Assembly: GCA_964016885.1 (NCBI GenBank) | Contig: OZ024740.1 | Coordinates: 275,838,001-275,902,000, forward strand | DNA: 64,000 nt | Origin: Eledone cirrhosa | Taxonomy: Eukaryota | Reading direction: 5' to 3' | Shown: positions 42,965-56,076 of the stretch, piece by piece | Position numbering within the stretch: position 1 is the first letter of the stretch | Layout: each line of letters begins with the position of its first letter | Program-made: the position numbers and the translations under genes | Notes under the pieces: generated by a model | The model's input: only the letters and a program-made list of their open reading frames with translations | Told to the model about the DNA's origin: nothing | Database searches by the model: none

Positions 42965-43786
42965 GTGTGCATGTATATATGTATGTGTGTATATATATAC
43001 ACATACATATATATATTTGTATGTATGCATATATATATGTATTATATATATATGTGTGTATATATATATATATATTTGTATGTATGTATGCATATATATA
43101 TATATATATATCTATGTATATATATTTGTGTGTGTAAATATATATAATGGGGAAAAATCTCTCATCGTTTTCTCTTTTTCTCTTTCACTTTCTATCCTTC
43201 TCCATCCATCCAGATATATAAAACAAACTCTTCTCTTGAAAATGGATTACATAACCAATATGATGGCTTCTCTCCAATTATTGGCAAAACATAAACCGTT
43301 TCAATCCATTTACATTTTTCTTAATGTGTTTTTTCTTTGTTTTGTTTCATTTTTTTTTTCATATTTTTTACCGTTCTCCACCCCATCCACACTTTTTTTA
43401 TTTTTATTGGATGAATGTAGATAGATAAATATATCAGCAAACATTATACATTGCAGTTTAATCTATAAATCTAAGTAGAGTATTGATAAATTGAAGATGT
43501 ATTTGTCTTTACACCCCCTCTTCACATTTCATTTAGATTTTTTTAAAAAAAGTTTTACATAGGCTTCTTGTCTACATAGGTATTTCTGTATTGTTGTTAT
43601 AATAATCATTGCCCATGTGGCAAATAAAGAAATCAGTGTTTTTTTTTGTTGTTCATATAATTGATCTGTCTATTGTCTGAGGTCCTTGGGCCTACCCCCA
43701 TTTTTTTATAACTTTCTTCAACTCTACATGTTTATAAAGTTTACAATATATCTTTGTGCAAGTCCTTATGGCTTATTAAAAAATAA

Positions 43787-43972
43787 TTGTTTCTACTTTT
43801 GGCACAAGGCCAGCAACTACCCAGTGTATTACTGGTACTTTATATTATCGACCCCATAAGGATGAAAGGCAAGGTTAACCTTGGCGGGATTTGAACTCAG
43901 AATGGCAAGGGCAGTAACTCTATGCGTCAAAGCATGGCGTCCGACCCTCTACCAATACTGCCAATCCCCCGG
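43787..43972 (-). mobile_element. SINE family A
   Basis: Sequence match to other copies. Confidence 0.85.
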
Positions 43973-44270
43973 CTTATGAAAAAATAATAATTGTTATTAT
44001 TGTTGTTAGTTGCTATCTGTATTATATATGTATGCCTATTTATATATATGTGTGTGTAAATACATATATATCGTTGTTTTTACATCTGATTTTCTATGCT
44101 TGCATGTGTTATATATATATATATGTAAATGTGTGTGTGTATGAGTGTTTGTATATACAAGATGGAATACTTAATGCCTGCTATTGAATTTTTATATCTG
44201 TTCAAAAATATTGATTTACCTCATTGATACCCAGAGTTTCTTGCTATGGGACAATCATTTAAATGAATAT

Positions 44271-44342
<72 letters not shown>

Positions 44343-44363
44343 CTTGACTTTTCTACTACTAAA

Positions 44364-44410
<47 letters not shown>

Positions 44411-44419
44411 GAAGAAGAA

Positions 44420-47400
44420 GAAGAATTGAATAGAACTGTTATGCAATGCTACCTGAAAAGTAACCCCAAGGAGAGGGGCTACAGGAGACGGATGCATAAC
44501 ATCTGGAACGAGATTGGTTTATTTAAATTAGATGAACAAAAATTGGCCGGGCAGGCTCGGGTAATAAGAACTAATGGGTGGATAAGCGAGCTGGAACTGG
44601 AGGAACTGAGCAGAGAGAATGGCTTGGAGATGGCGGGTGTAGTATGCCAGACAAGCGAGCCGGCGGGAAATGAAGGTGAGGAGGTCCTGAGAATGGAGGA
44701 ACCACCCGAAGCAGACAATGATCTGAATACTGAGATAAATAATACCTGGAACAGAGATACGGCCACTGAGGAGATGAATGCTGACGGGCTAGGACAAGAT
44801 TCGGTTGACATCCTAAATTTAGTGGTAGATGAGTTGAACAATGATAGTGGGAGACCTATGAACCTAAGATTTGTAGACAGGAAAAAGTTAAAAGAAACAA
44901 CAGCTAAGGTAAACAAAGTCATCCCATACCTTGAGGCGAGGAGTCTTCACCAGTGCAACAATATCCTCAAAGCAACAGCAAATACGGTGAGGAAACTACT
45001 TGGTATAAAAGCGAGAGGAAACAACAGACAAGAAAGAGCAGAGCCGTGGTGGAAGAAGCGACTGAGTGGGCAAATCGGGGAAATGAGAAATGACATAGGA
45101 AAGCTTGAGTCACTACTGAATGGGACACTAAAAAACATAGGCACTAAAAATAGACTGGAAATAAAATACAAAACTAGGAGTAAAAAGCTAAATATTATCA
45201 TAGAGGAATTGAAGCAACGCATTGTAGCAAAGAGTGCCAAAATCAGGCGATACGAGAACAGAGTCAGTCAGTATAAACAGAACCGCATGTTCGACAACAA
45301 CCAGAAGATGCTGTTTGGACAGCTTGAGGGGAAAGAAAGAGGCAACGACTTGATCCCTGGGGCGGAACAAGCTAAAACATTCTGGAGAGGAATATGGGAG
45401 CAGGATGTTAGACACAATGCCCAGGCAGGGTGGATTGAGACAGTACAGAGGGAGATCGGTGAGCAGGCACAGCAACAGACTGATTTGAGTATCACAGTTG
45501 AAACTCTTAAGGGGCAAGCCAAAAAACTAACCAACTGGAAATCACCAGGCCCAGATGGTGTGCAGGGGTATTGGATTAAACATTTAACATCCCTCCACCC
45601 GAAGCTGACGGCCATGTTCAATGACTGCTTGGTGTCGGGTGAGGTGCCAGAGTGGTTGACAAAAGGTACCACAGTTCTGATAATGAAAGACCGAATCAAG
45701 GGTAATGATGTTACCAACTATAGACCTATCACATGTCTGCCCGTAATGTGGAAACTGTTGACGAGCATTGTGTCTGAGGAAATCTACCATCACCTCCACA
45801 CAAACAACTTGTTGCCGGACGAACAGAAAGGATGCCGAAAGAAGTCACGTGGTACAAAGGACCAGTTGCTTATTGATAAGATGGTAATGGGGAATTGCAG
45901 GAGGAGACACACTGATCTTGCCATGGGATGGATAGACTACAGAAAGGCATTTGACATGGTGCCTCATTCCTGGATCACCAAAAGCCTGGAGATCTTCAGG
46001 GTGGCAGATAACATCAGACAGTTGCTGGGCAGGAGTATGGGGTCCTGGGAGACAGAGTTGACATCAACTGGAGTATCCTTGGGAAGCGTGAAGATCAAGA
46101 GAGGTATCTTCCAGGGAGATAGCCTGTCCCCTCTGTTGTTTGTCCTTGCCCTGATGCCCTTGACCATTATGCTGCGAAAAGTGAGAGCAGGATACAAGTT
46201 GGACGATCTTAAGCTCTTCGGGAAAAGTGAGAAGGAGTTGGATGTGCTTGTTGACACTGTCCGTATTTTCAGCAGTGATATATGTATGCAGTTTGGTATT
46301 GGTAAATGTGGAGTCATTGTGATGAGGAGGGGTAGGTTGAGCAGAAGTAACGGGATCCAGATACCAACAGGTGAGATGATAAAGGAAATTGACTCTGAGG
46401 AAGGATACAAGTATTTGGGCGTTCTGGAGGCTGATGGCATAAAGAACAAAAAAATGAAGGAATTGTTAAGAACTGAATACATTCGGAGAGTAAGGAGCGT
46501 ATTGAAGTCACATCTGAACAGCAGAAATGCCATAAGCGCAGTAAATTCCCGAGCTGTGTCTATTATTAGGTACAGTGCGGGAATTCTGAGATGGAATGTT
46601 GCTGAACAAAAAGAAAAGGATAGGAAGACTAGGAAGCTATTGACTATCTACAACATGTTCCACAAGAGGAGTGATGTCGATAGACTCTACCTAAGGAGAT
46701 CTGAGGGTGGAAGAGGTCTTATCAGCATAGAGGACTGTGTTCAGATGGAGAAAAACAACCTATACAAATACGTGACCTATAGTAAGGAGCCAATGCTCAG
46801 AGCTGTACTGAAGGAGGGGACAGTAGGCCAGGGGATATCCAAGGAGGAAATAACATCAAGGAGGAAGAGCAGCCTTAAGGGAAAATCCCTTCATAGTACC
46901 TTCTTTGAGAAAACTGAATTTAGAGATCCACAGACATGGAACTGGTTGAGAAGAGGAGACCTCAAAAAGGCTACAGAAGGAATGCTAATGGCTGCGCAGG
47001 AGCAGGCCCTCAAAACGAAGTGGTTGAAGCACCATATCTACAAGGAGGAGGCTAGCCCACTGTGCAGGATCTGTGGAGAGAGAGAGGAGACTGTGGCTCA
47101 CATTGTGTCCGAGTGTAAACACCTAGCCCAGACCCACTATAAGGGCTGGAGACACGATGTGATGGGCAGGGTGATCCACTGGCACCTGTGCAAAGTAAAC
47201 AATCTACCACATTCTGAGAAATGGTATGAGCATAGGCCAGAGGCGGTGATGGAGAACAGTCAGGTGAAGGTGCTGTGGGATTTTAGGATACAGACGGACA
47301 AAAAACTGGAACACAATAGACCTGACCTGGTGGTTGTGGACAAAGAAAAAAGATCGTGCCTGATTGTGGATGTGGCCTGCCCGTTCGACACGAGAGTGCA

Positions 47401-47710
47401 AGAGAAGGAGAGGGAGAAAATTAACCGATACTAGGACCTAAAGTGGGAGGTGAAAAGGATTTGGAACTGCCATGAAGTCAAAGTGATCCCGATTGTCATA
47501 GGCGCACTGGGGACTATCTCCAAAGGTTTCCAGAGATGGTTAAAGAAAATCGGCCCCTTCACGCTTTTTGGAACGCTTCAAAAGGCATGCTTGCTTGGAA
47601 CGGCAAGAACCCTCCGATACGTCCTGAATATCTGAGGCTGCAGGTAGTGGCTTGATATTCAATCCAACGGACTTTCCAGTTAACCAACATCAATGACTGA
47701 GATTCAAGGA
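44420..47710 (+). mobile_element. R4/Dong-clade non-LTR retrotransposon (RT plus restriction-like endonuclease) in (TAA)n
   Basis: (TAA)n-type tracts at 44364-44410 and 47709-47757; single ORF; short 3' UTR. Confidence 0.9.
44426..47635 (+). pseudogene. Disabled RT-RLE polyprotein
   Basis: RT motifs KSPGPDG, NYRPITCL, IDYRKAFDMV, GIFQGDSLSP, YKYLG; CCHC CRIC..ETVAHIVSEC; RHD; NRPDLVV..D..P..K. In-frame TAG at 47432-34; the YMDD region is reduced to LDD. Confidence 0.9.
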
Positions 47711-47758
47711 ATAACAATAACAATAATAATAATAATAATAATGATGATGATAATAATA

Positions 47759-47925
47759 TTGTCTCTACTTTTGGCACAAGGCCAGCAATTTCCCAGCGCA
47801 TTACTGGTGCTTCATTTTAGGGATGAAAGGCAAAGTTAACCTCGGCAGGATTTGAACTCAGAACGTAAAGGGCCGTAACACTATGCTGAAAAGCATTGTG
47901 TCTGACGCTCTACTGATACTGCCAA
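47759..47925 (-). mobile_element. SINE family A
   Basis: Sequence match with a small internal deletion. Confidence 0.8.
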
Positions 47926-48100
47926 TAATAATATTACTATTTATTTGGCTTGGTTCTGGTTTCTTGCTTTGTATTTTCCTTAAATCTATTATCACTGCAT
48001 TTTAAACATTTGTCTGAATAAATTTGATCTGGCTCAAAAAGAGAAAACCAAACAATCACATCTACAGGAAATATACATCCATACAACAACCTTAACTCTG

Positions 48101-48165
<65 letters not shown>

Positions 48166-48203
48166 TAATTACAGGTGAAAAGTTAGGCTGTGTGGTTAGA
48201 CGA

Positions 48204-48360
48204 AGGGTTAGAAGGTAAACGGGATGTAAACAAGAGAAGAAAAGTATCCCTTCATCAGCTGTTTACTACAGAAGCACTGAAACATCTATGATCTGTTGTG
48301 AAGAGCTGATGAAGGGATACTTTTCTTCTCTTGTTTACGTCCCGTTTACCTTCTAACCCT
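48204..48360. mobile_element. Fold-back cassette with decayed hammerhead
   Basis: Arms 48204-48272 and 48292-48360; CTGATGA-aggg...ccct followed by CAAA. Confidence 0.7.
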
Positions 48361-48378
48361 CAAAGAAAAGAATCCCCA

Positions 48379-48421
48379 GTCACTGAAGAGGTCACAGAAT
48401 GTGTGACGAAAGAACTTTGAC
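48379..48421 (+). ncRNA. Minimal hammerhead-like motif
   Basis: gtca-CTGAAGA-g-gtcaca gaatg tgtgac-GAAA-gaac-TT-tgac. Confidence 0.7.
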
Positions 48422-48600
48422 AATATATGAACAACCGTCCGGTTGTGGAACCAACCATCCAACCGGAAATTTATAAATTATTTTTGAAAAAGTTTTTTAA
48501 ATAATAGATTTTTATTTTTTATTTTTTAATTTATAATAAATTGAAGTGGAAGCAACTGGTGCGTCTGTTTCTTATTGGCAACATGACCCTCCCAAAGTAT

Positions 48601-48667
<67 letters not shown>

Positions 48668-48689
48668 CACATATATATAAATCATTAAT

Positions 48690-48830
48690 ATAAAAAGTAT
48701 GGACGAGGTGTCAAATTTTCATTAAGTTTATTTAGGTGTGACGTGCATTTCATGATTGATCAGCTCAAGGTTCAATCTTTATTGATTGGGCCTGACTCTG
48801 GAATCAAAAGCTCATCAGACTTCTGTTAGC
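48690..48830 (-). mobile_element. Family 2 hammerhead cassette fragment between two (TA)n tracts
   Basis: Minus strand: gt-CTGATGA-gcttttgattccagag...gagctgatcaatcat-GAAA-tgcacg-TC-ac. Confidence 0.65.
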
Positions 48831-48837
48831 TTAATAT

Positions 48838-48925
<88 letters not shown>

Positions 48926-48955
48926 AAAGAATAGAGGTGTAACACACAAGTTATG

Positions 48956-49325
48956 ATATATTGGTAAACGGAAAAGAAAATGCTGACAAATTGTTCACAG
49001 TGAAAAATAGTTTAATTAGGAATAAGTGAGAATTAGTAATAGTATTGGTTAGTATTCAGTTTTTGGTTTTAAGTTTTACCGGTTGCGCATTTCTAATGCT
49101 TTTCAAAAATAATTTTGAGATAGAGCGTCCGTGATTAAAGCAAACATCACGGACGCTCTATCTCAAAATTATTTTTGAAAAGCATTAGAAATGCGCAACC
49201 GGTAAAACTTAAAACCAAAAACTGAATACTAACCAATACTATTACTAATTCTCACTTATTCCTAATTAAACTATTTTTCACTGTGAACAATTTGTCAGCA
49301 TTTTCTTTTCCGTTTACCAATATAT
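48956..49325. repeat. Perfect fold-back with 180-bp arms between (TA)n tracts
   Basis: Arms 48956-49135 and 49146-49325; 10-nt loop; no mismatch seen. Confidence 0.95.
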
Positions 49326-49377
49326 ATATATATACATATACATATATATATATATATACACACACATATATATATAT

Positions 49378-49428
<51 letters not shown>

Positions 49429-49489
49429 TATATATATTCTCCTTTACCTGTTCCAACCATCCAACTGAGGCCATGCTGGGGCACTGACC

Positions 49490-49785
49490 TTGTTATTTCA
49501 TTTTTTATATCCAGCCTGCATTAACTGGCCTTTGATGTATGAGGGAGATTGTTGCTGACTTGGGTTACCTTCATTCTGTGCTGTGGGTTCATCTGGGATC
49601 CAGGATAGCAGAGTGTCAAGATATTTTTTGAAAACATCCATATCCACACCATGCAGATCTCCCAAGTTTCTTGGTAGCTTATTAAAGATTTGGGGGTCTT
49701 TGAACCCCAGGCTAGCGCAATATCTGCTTTTTACTCTAAATATGAAAGATGGGATTTTGGCACTACACAGTGACATCCTGTTCAA
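49490..49785 (-). mobile_element. CR1-group LINE 3' fragment
   Basis: PQIFNKLPRNL..L...DVFKKYLDTLLSWIPDEP C-terminal signature. Confidence 0.65.
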
Positions 49786-51111
49786 GGGTTGGTCAAGCTG
49801 TCAATACCTGCCAGGACCTTCCATACGTATATCACTGCAAACCTCTTCTGCCTTCATTCCAAGGAGTAGAGTTTTAGTTCTTTTGCCTCTGCCAGTAGCT
49901 CATCTCCTTCATCATGGCAATCCTCTTGGTGTAGCTTTGTTGGATTACTTCAAGACCTGTGGTTAATATATTCCAAGCCATTCAATTGAAATATCAATTT
50001 ACCATTGATATTTCAATTGAAGGTCTGGGAATAAACATTTAAAAATTAGGAAAATGTTCTTACAAAAATGTTATGATGAACAGGGCAGTTTATAATACAA
50101 AGGTTGTGTATTATATGCTGCAAAATACAGTAGGTCTGAAATTGCTTCTCTTGTAAGTTCATTGCACAGAATAAGAGGCTGTGAATAGCTAAGAGACATG
50201 ATTCTTTTATTGTTAGCCAAACATCAATAAATTGAGGGTGAAATGTTGCACTTTTGTAAAGTTTTATCTTCACATTTACTATTAATGGATAGCAATAAAA
50301 CAAAAATATGCCAAACAAAAACATTCAGACTGAAAAAAAAAATATATAATTTTTCTTGATTCTTTGTATGTAAATCTTCTTAGTGCTATTGTTTGGAAAT
50401 TTGATTGTGTTAGTGATCATAACAAATATTATATCCATATTTCTTATGAAATTGTATCCTTGTTCAACCATGCTGGACCTGTGAATGACATTTGCAATCC
50501 AGTGAATTTTCACACAAATTTCCATCTACTGAATTTCACTCACAAGGCTTAGACTGATCCATGGCTATGGTAGAAGACACTTGTCAAAGATGCCACACAG
50601 TAAGATCGAAATTTGGACCTTGTGATTATGAACGGAACTTTTTAACCACTGCACCCATGATAAGAAATAAGTACTATCATTGTTCATTATGACTGAAAAA
50701 AAAGATGGAGAAAAATTTACATATACAGCCTTGTTACATATGGTGTCATATTGAGTCTACTCGTTTGATTAATAGAATAATCTGCTCATAAAATTAACAT
50801 GTAAGTAGTTGATCATTCCACAGACATGTTTACCCATAATGTAACTCTAAGGAAGATTAGTGTGACACTGTGTATGACAAGGTTAACCCCTTATACTATA
50901 TTTACTGTTCATTCAACTGGCTTTCAAACAATTTCCATCTATCCAATTCCTCTCACAAGGCATGGGTCAACCTGACACTATGGTAAAAGACTCTTCCCCA
51001 AGGTGTTATGCAATAAAATTGAACCTGGTATGTAATGATTGTGAAATAAACCTCTTAACCATTCAACCATACTGCAAATTTTTACAGAAGTTCTAAATAA
51101 CAATTATATAA

Positions 51112-51512
51112 TTGTTTCTATTTTTGGCACAAAGCCAACAATTATCCTAGTGCATTACTGGTACTTTATTTTATCGACCCCGTAAGGATGAAAGGCAAAG
51201 TTAACCTCAGCAGGATTTGAACTCAGACCGTAAAGGGACGTAACTCTATGCTGCAAAGCATGACATCCAAGCCTCAACTGATACCGCCAATCCACCTGCC
51301 ATTATTATATAACAATTATATAATTATTTCTACTTTTGGCACAAGGCCAGCAATTATCCCAGTGTATTACTGGTACTTTATTTTATCGACCCCGTAAGGA
51401 TGAAAGGCAAAGTTAACCTTGGCGGGATTTGAACTCAGACCATAAAGGGCCGTAACTCTTTGCTGCAAAGCATGGCATCCAACCCTCTACTGATACTGCC
51501 AATCCACCACCC
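51112..51512 (-). mobile_element. Two tandem SINE family A copies
   Basis: 51112-51300 and 51324-51512; ataacaattatataat is repeated before, between and after them. Confidence 0.85.
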
Positions 51513-51793
51513 TATATAACAATTATATAATGATATCCATATAGAAAGATTTTGGTGCACATATTTATGTAATAAAATTATTGCACAATAACCTTCAACA
51601 CTCAAAGATGTAGAAAACACAATTGACCTGAATTTCAGAAAATGAATCCTTCATTGGAAGAATGTAACTATGTAAAATGTTTCTTTTCTTCCTAAACAAC
51701 ACCATCTTACACAATCTGTTTACCATTGCCTGAAATCTAACAAAAGAGCTTTGTAACTTAGAAACTGTGGAAATTATTTAGATCGGTTGTATA

Positions 51794-51934
51794 CGAGGGT
51801 GGGCTAAAAACTTCATAGGCTGGCTATGAAGGAGTGATGCTAGAGCTGTGAAATCAAAAACCATTAATTTCATCTCTTCTCATTAATAACTGTATTGTTT
51901 CTTTGGTCAGCCTACGAACTTTTCAGCTGACCCC
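51794..51934. mobile_element. Mariner-type MITE, decayed
   Basis: TA-cgagggtgggctaaaaacttcataggctg ... cagcctacgaacttttcagctgacccc. Confidence 0.65.
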
Positions 51935-52557
51935 ACACACACACACATATTCAACCACACACATATATATGTGTGTGTATTCATGTGATTATGTTTTTAT
52001 ATATGTGTGTGTACAGTTAATTATATAGTTTCCCTGGAAACAACATTATCTATATGGACAGGAAATAAATAAACAAGCATATGAGATTCCAGACATTGAC
52101 ATTTTATTGTTTCATATGTTGCATGCACAGTCGTCACGGAAGAAGGACAGTCTTATAGTTGCCCATATTTAATCTATAGTAGTACAGTGCTTTTTGATTT
52201 TGTAGAAAAGAACAAAACACAATAGAACAAGCAGAATGAATATAAATATGTATAATATATGCATGATCACAACAACTTTCAGAGAATAAATGTAAATGAA
52301 TTCATATTAAATGTTATTTAATTTGTTAAGGTGTTAGTATTAAATTCAATATTGCACAGAGAGCAAACATTAATACTGTAAGGCATCCTATTCAAGGTAA
52401 CAACATTATCAAATTTGCCACATGATGCTTATTTCACAGACATCTTAGGGTGAAAGATGAAGTCAACCTGGCCCCTAGAACAATTTAAACCTGACATGTA
52501 ACATTTTAGTTATATATATTTTATATCTGTTTTCAAGTAAAGCTACTACTACTACTA

Positions 52558-53040
52558 CATCATCATCATCATAATTTTTATGTCTATTTTTTCCACACTT
52601 GCATGAGTTGGACAGGTCCTTCTTAGCACGACATCTCTCCACTCATCTCAATCATTTGTCATCTACTCTGTGAATTTCAGTGTTTTGAGATCAGCTCTCA
52701 CAACCTCTGTCAAGTCTTTCTTGGGCTACCTCTATCACAGCTTCCTTCTACTGGCATGTCCTGGCACTTTTTCACCCAACGATCATTGTCCATATTCACC
52801 ACATGTCCAAACCAATGTAGTCTTCTCTCCTGCACACCACCTCAAATTCCTCTTTAACCCAGCTTCTCCCTCAACTTGTCCAAAATGTCTTTCTCTCATA
52901 CTTCCAACAGAGCATAGTTGCTTCAATTCTCTCCAGTCAACACATGTCCTCTGCAGTCACAGCCCATGTTTCAATATCTTGCAGCATCGCACTTCACACA
53001 CAGGCATCATGCAGCATCCTTTTGTACATAGGGAGAAACA
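52558..53040 (-). mobile_element. Decayed RTE LINE 3' fragment
   Basis: Homologous to 59104-59570; accacatgtccaaaccaa reads WFGHV on the minus strand; (CAT)n tail. Confidence 0.7.
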
Positions 53041-53935
53041 CTAAAATTAAATGGACATTTGTTTAGTTATAAAACATCTGTTTTCAAGTAAAACTGCTCT
53101 AAAACTAAATGGACCTTTATTAGTTTCACTGATAAGTGTTCTGGTTATTTGATCAATAGTATGGCTTACTCGTTAAATTAAAAGAGGAAATGAAGAAAAT
53201 CTTCTTGGAACTTATTAAGGTGTTTGCCAAAAATGATACATTATTAAAGCAACATTTAATACTGAGTGATTGAAATGCAACACATGCCAGCCTTGACATA
53301 TATAATGATCTGATACAGTCCTTAACAACCTAGGTTCTATCAAAGATAATAGCTAAAATCAAGGTGGCTAAGTACATTGCAATAATTGTTGTCTCTACTA
53401 CTGATGCCAGCAGAGATGATCAATTTTCTTTATCTTTACTATATGAACACGGTAATGCATTAGAACTATTTATATACTTCTTCAAATTACCTGGATCCAG
53501 GGATCGAGATTTTATCAAAGTTTTTCTCCCAGTAATCAAAATGTTAGGGCTGTCAATAACTGTATTATGGCTAATCTTACAAAGAAACAAGCACAATATT
53601 GAGTAAAATATCTAGTCTTTAAATTAAGATTATGGAAGTTTCTCTAAATCTATTATTTATACTCTTCTGTGCAAATAATATAAATTTGGTCTCAGTTGAT
53701 ACAGTAAGCTCCATTATTCAAACTAAGTTGTATTTTTTGTACTCTAGTAATTGTCTACACTAGTTTTACTGGCAGTTTACCTCAATACTAAAATCACAAG
53801 ACAGTCCTATTATATCTTTTGAATTGACGTTAAAGAAACTTTGCTATACTTGTGCTAATAGATCTGTGTCAATAAAGCCAGTAACAGAAGCAGTCGTTCG
53901 AAATTTATCATCACTAGAAGCTGGTCTTTAAATAA

Positions 53936-54140
53936 TGGTTTCTAATTTAGGCACAAGGCCAGCAATTTTGGGGAGGGGAAAGTTGATTAAATAGACCCCA
54001 GTGCATTACTGGTACTTTATTTTATTGACCCGTAGGGATGAAAGGCAAAGCTAACCTCGGTGGGATTTAAACTCAGAATGTAAAGGGACATAACGATTCT
54101 GTGAAGCATGTTGTCTGGCACTCTACTGATTCTGCTAATC
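53936..54140 (-). mobile_element. SINE family A, older variant
   Basis: Sequence match with an extra internal segment. Confidence 0.75.
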
Positions 54141-54745
54141 TGAATAGTAACATGAAAACAATTATATACAATCAGTACATGCAGATTATTAGTTGTTCTT
54201 ATATTTCAGAGTAAAAGGTTAAACAAGATTTTTAATTTATCTATATACATAAAAATGGTCCAAATCAGGATACAATGATCATTTGATATAACATTTTAAA
54301 AAAGAAACATATAAAAATCATATAGAATGAGTATGAATCTCAGTTCAAACAGACATCATCATCATCATCATCATCATCATCACCATTATATTATGCCTGC
54401 TTTTCCATGCTTTCATGGGCTGGATAGATCCTTTCCAGCACAGCCTGCCTTCTCATGTCAAATTCCTTTGGCACTATGAGGTGCAGCCTAAAAGTAAATG
54501 TGTGATTATTTGATCATAATTAGCCATTTTATCTTTAAAATATTATATTGATATGGAATACGAACCATACAGGATACATACATGATAAATGTTAAAAGAG
54601 AAAATTGTAGAGAATGAAATAATATTTGATACCCAAAAGGAATTCACAGTTGAATTCTAATTAGTGTCTTTAAATTCTCTTATAAATAGCAATCAGTAGT
54701 GTCATGGCACTTTTTAGTTCCTTGCTTTCATTAACTTTAGAACAT

Positions 54746-54930
54746 GGCAGTGGATTGGCAGTATCGGTAGAGGGTCGGACGCCATGCTTTCCAGCATAGT
54801 TACGTCCCTTTACGATCTGAGTTCAAATCCCGCCGAGGTTGACTTTGCCTTTCATCCTTATGGGGTCGATAAAATAAAGTACCAGTAATGCACTGAGTAA
54901 TTGCTGGCCTTGTGCCAAAATTAGAAATAA
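54746..54930 (+). mobile_element. SINE family A with TSD
   Basis: Full copy; attaactttaraacatggca occurs at both ends. Confidence 0.85.
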
Positions 54931-55064
54931 TTAACTTTAAAACATGGCAACATCACAGTCTTTGAGAGACCATGTTTGGATACTACCATAAAGGGTTTTA
55001 GTTGAGCATGTTGATATCAGTAAGTATTTCCATCTCATATTTATTTTATAGCTCTCTCTCTCTC

Positions 55065-55171
<107 letters not shown>

Positions 55172-55559
55172 AATGACTAAATTGCATTTTGGAAACAATA
55201 CCAATAAACATATACAAAAACACATTGGTATCCTCAAAGAAAGGGATAAAGAGGACATCCTAATATGAACTGGTGGCAGACAATTGCCAAGGATCTGAAA
55301 CCCATCAACAAAATGACTATTAATGACTATTCTAATTGTTTAATCATTGGAACATACTGGACATCAAATTAACATGCATGTGGCTGAGTATTGTACAGAC
55401 ATGTGTACTTTACTGTAATTCTGAGGAAGAATTAGTGTGATACAGTCTGTGACAAGAGTGTCCATTTGAATTTCAGGTACAGGCTTAGGTTTTCATCAAT
55501 TTGAGTCTCAAGGTTTGGGTTCACCAAAGTCCATGGTGAATAACATTTTAACACTTGCT

Positions 55560-55599
<40 letters not shown>

Positions 55600-56036
55600 A
55601 CCAAAGATTAATATGGTTCATTGATTACTCAATGAATATAGTTTTACAATAGATTAAAAGCACCCTACAATGAAGTTTTCTGGAGTTATTAATATTATTC
55701 AAAATATTAATAAATGAAGACATTCACATAATCAAATTATATGTTTCATTATATATATTTTGGAGGTACTGTACTGTTTTTTCAGTACGTCCTCGTCAGA
55801 TAAAATACATGAATTGCATGAATTGATGTATGACATACCTCAACTGTCTTGATAGTTCAATTCCAGTCTTGACAGTCTCTGCCAATACTGGAATTGAACC
55901 ATCAAGACAGTTGAGGTATGTCATACATCAATTCATGTATTTTATCTGATGAGGACGTACTGAAAAAACAGCACAGTACCTCCAAAATATATATAATAAA
56001 CATATATTTTGATTATGATCATTTACTAATATTTTG

Positions 56037-56039
<3 letters not shown>
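55600..56039 (-). mobile_element. Fold-back hammerhead cassette, family 1
   Basis: Arms ~55697-55875 and ~55879-56039; tattttat-CTGATGA(55946-52)-gga..tcc-AAAA-tatata-TA-ataaa; minus-strand tail with GGGTGCT at 55659-65; (TA)n on both sides. Confidence 0.8.
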
Positions 56040-56076
<37 letters not shown>

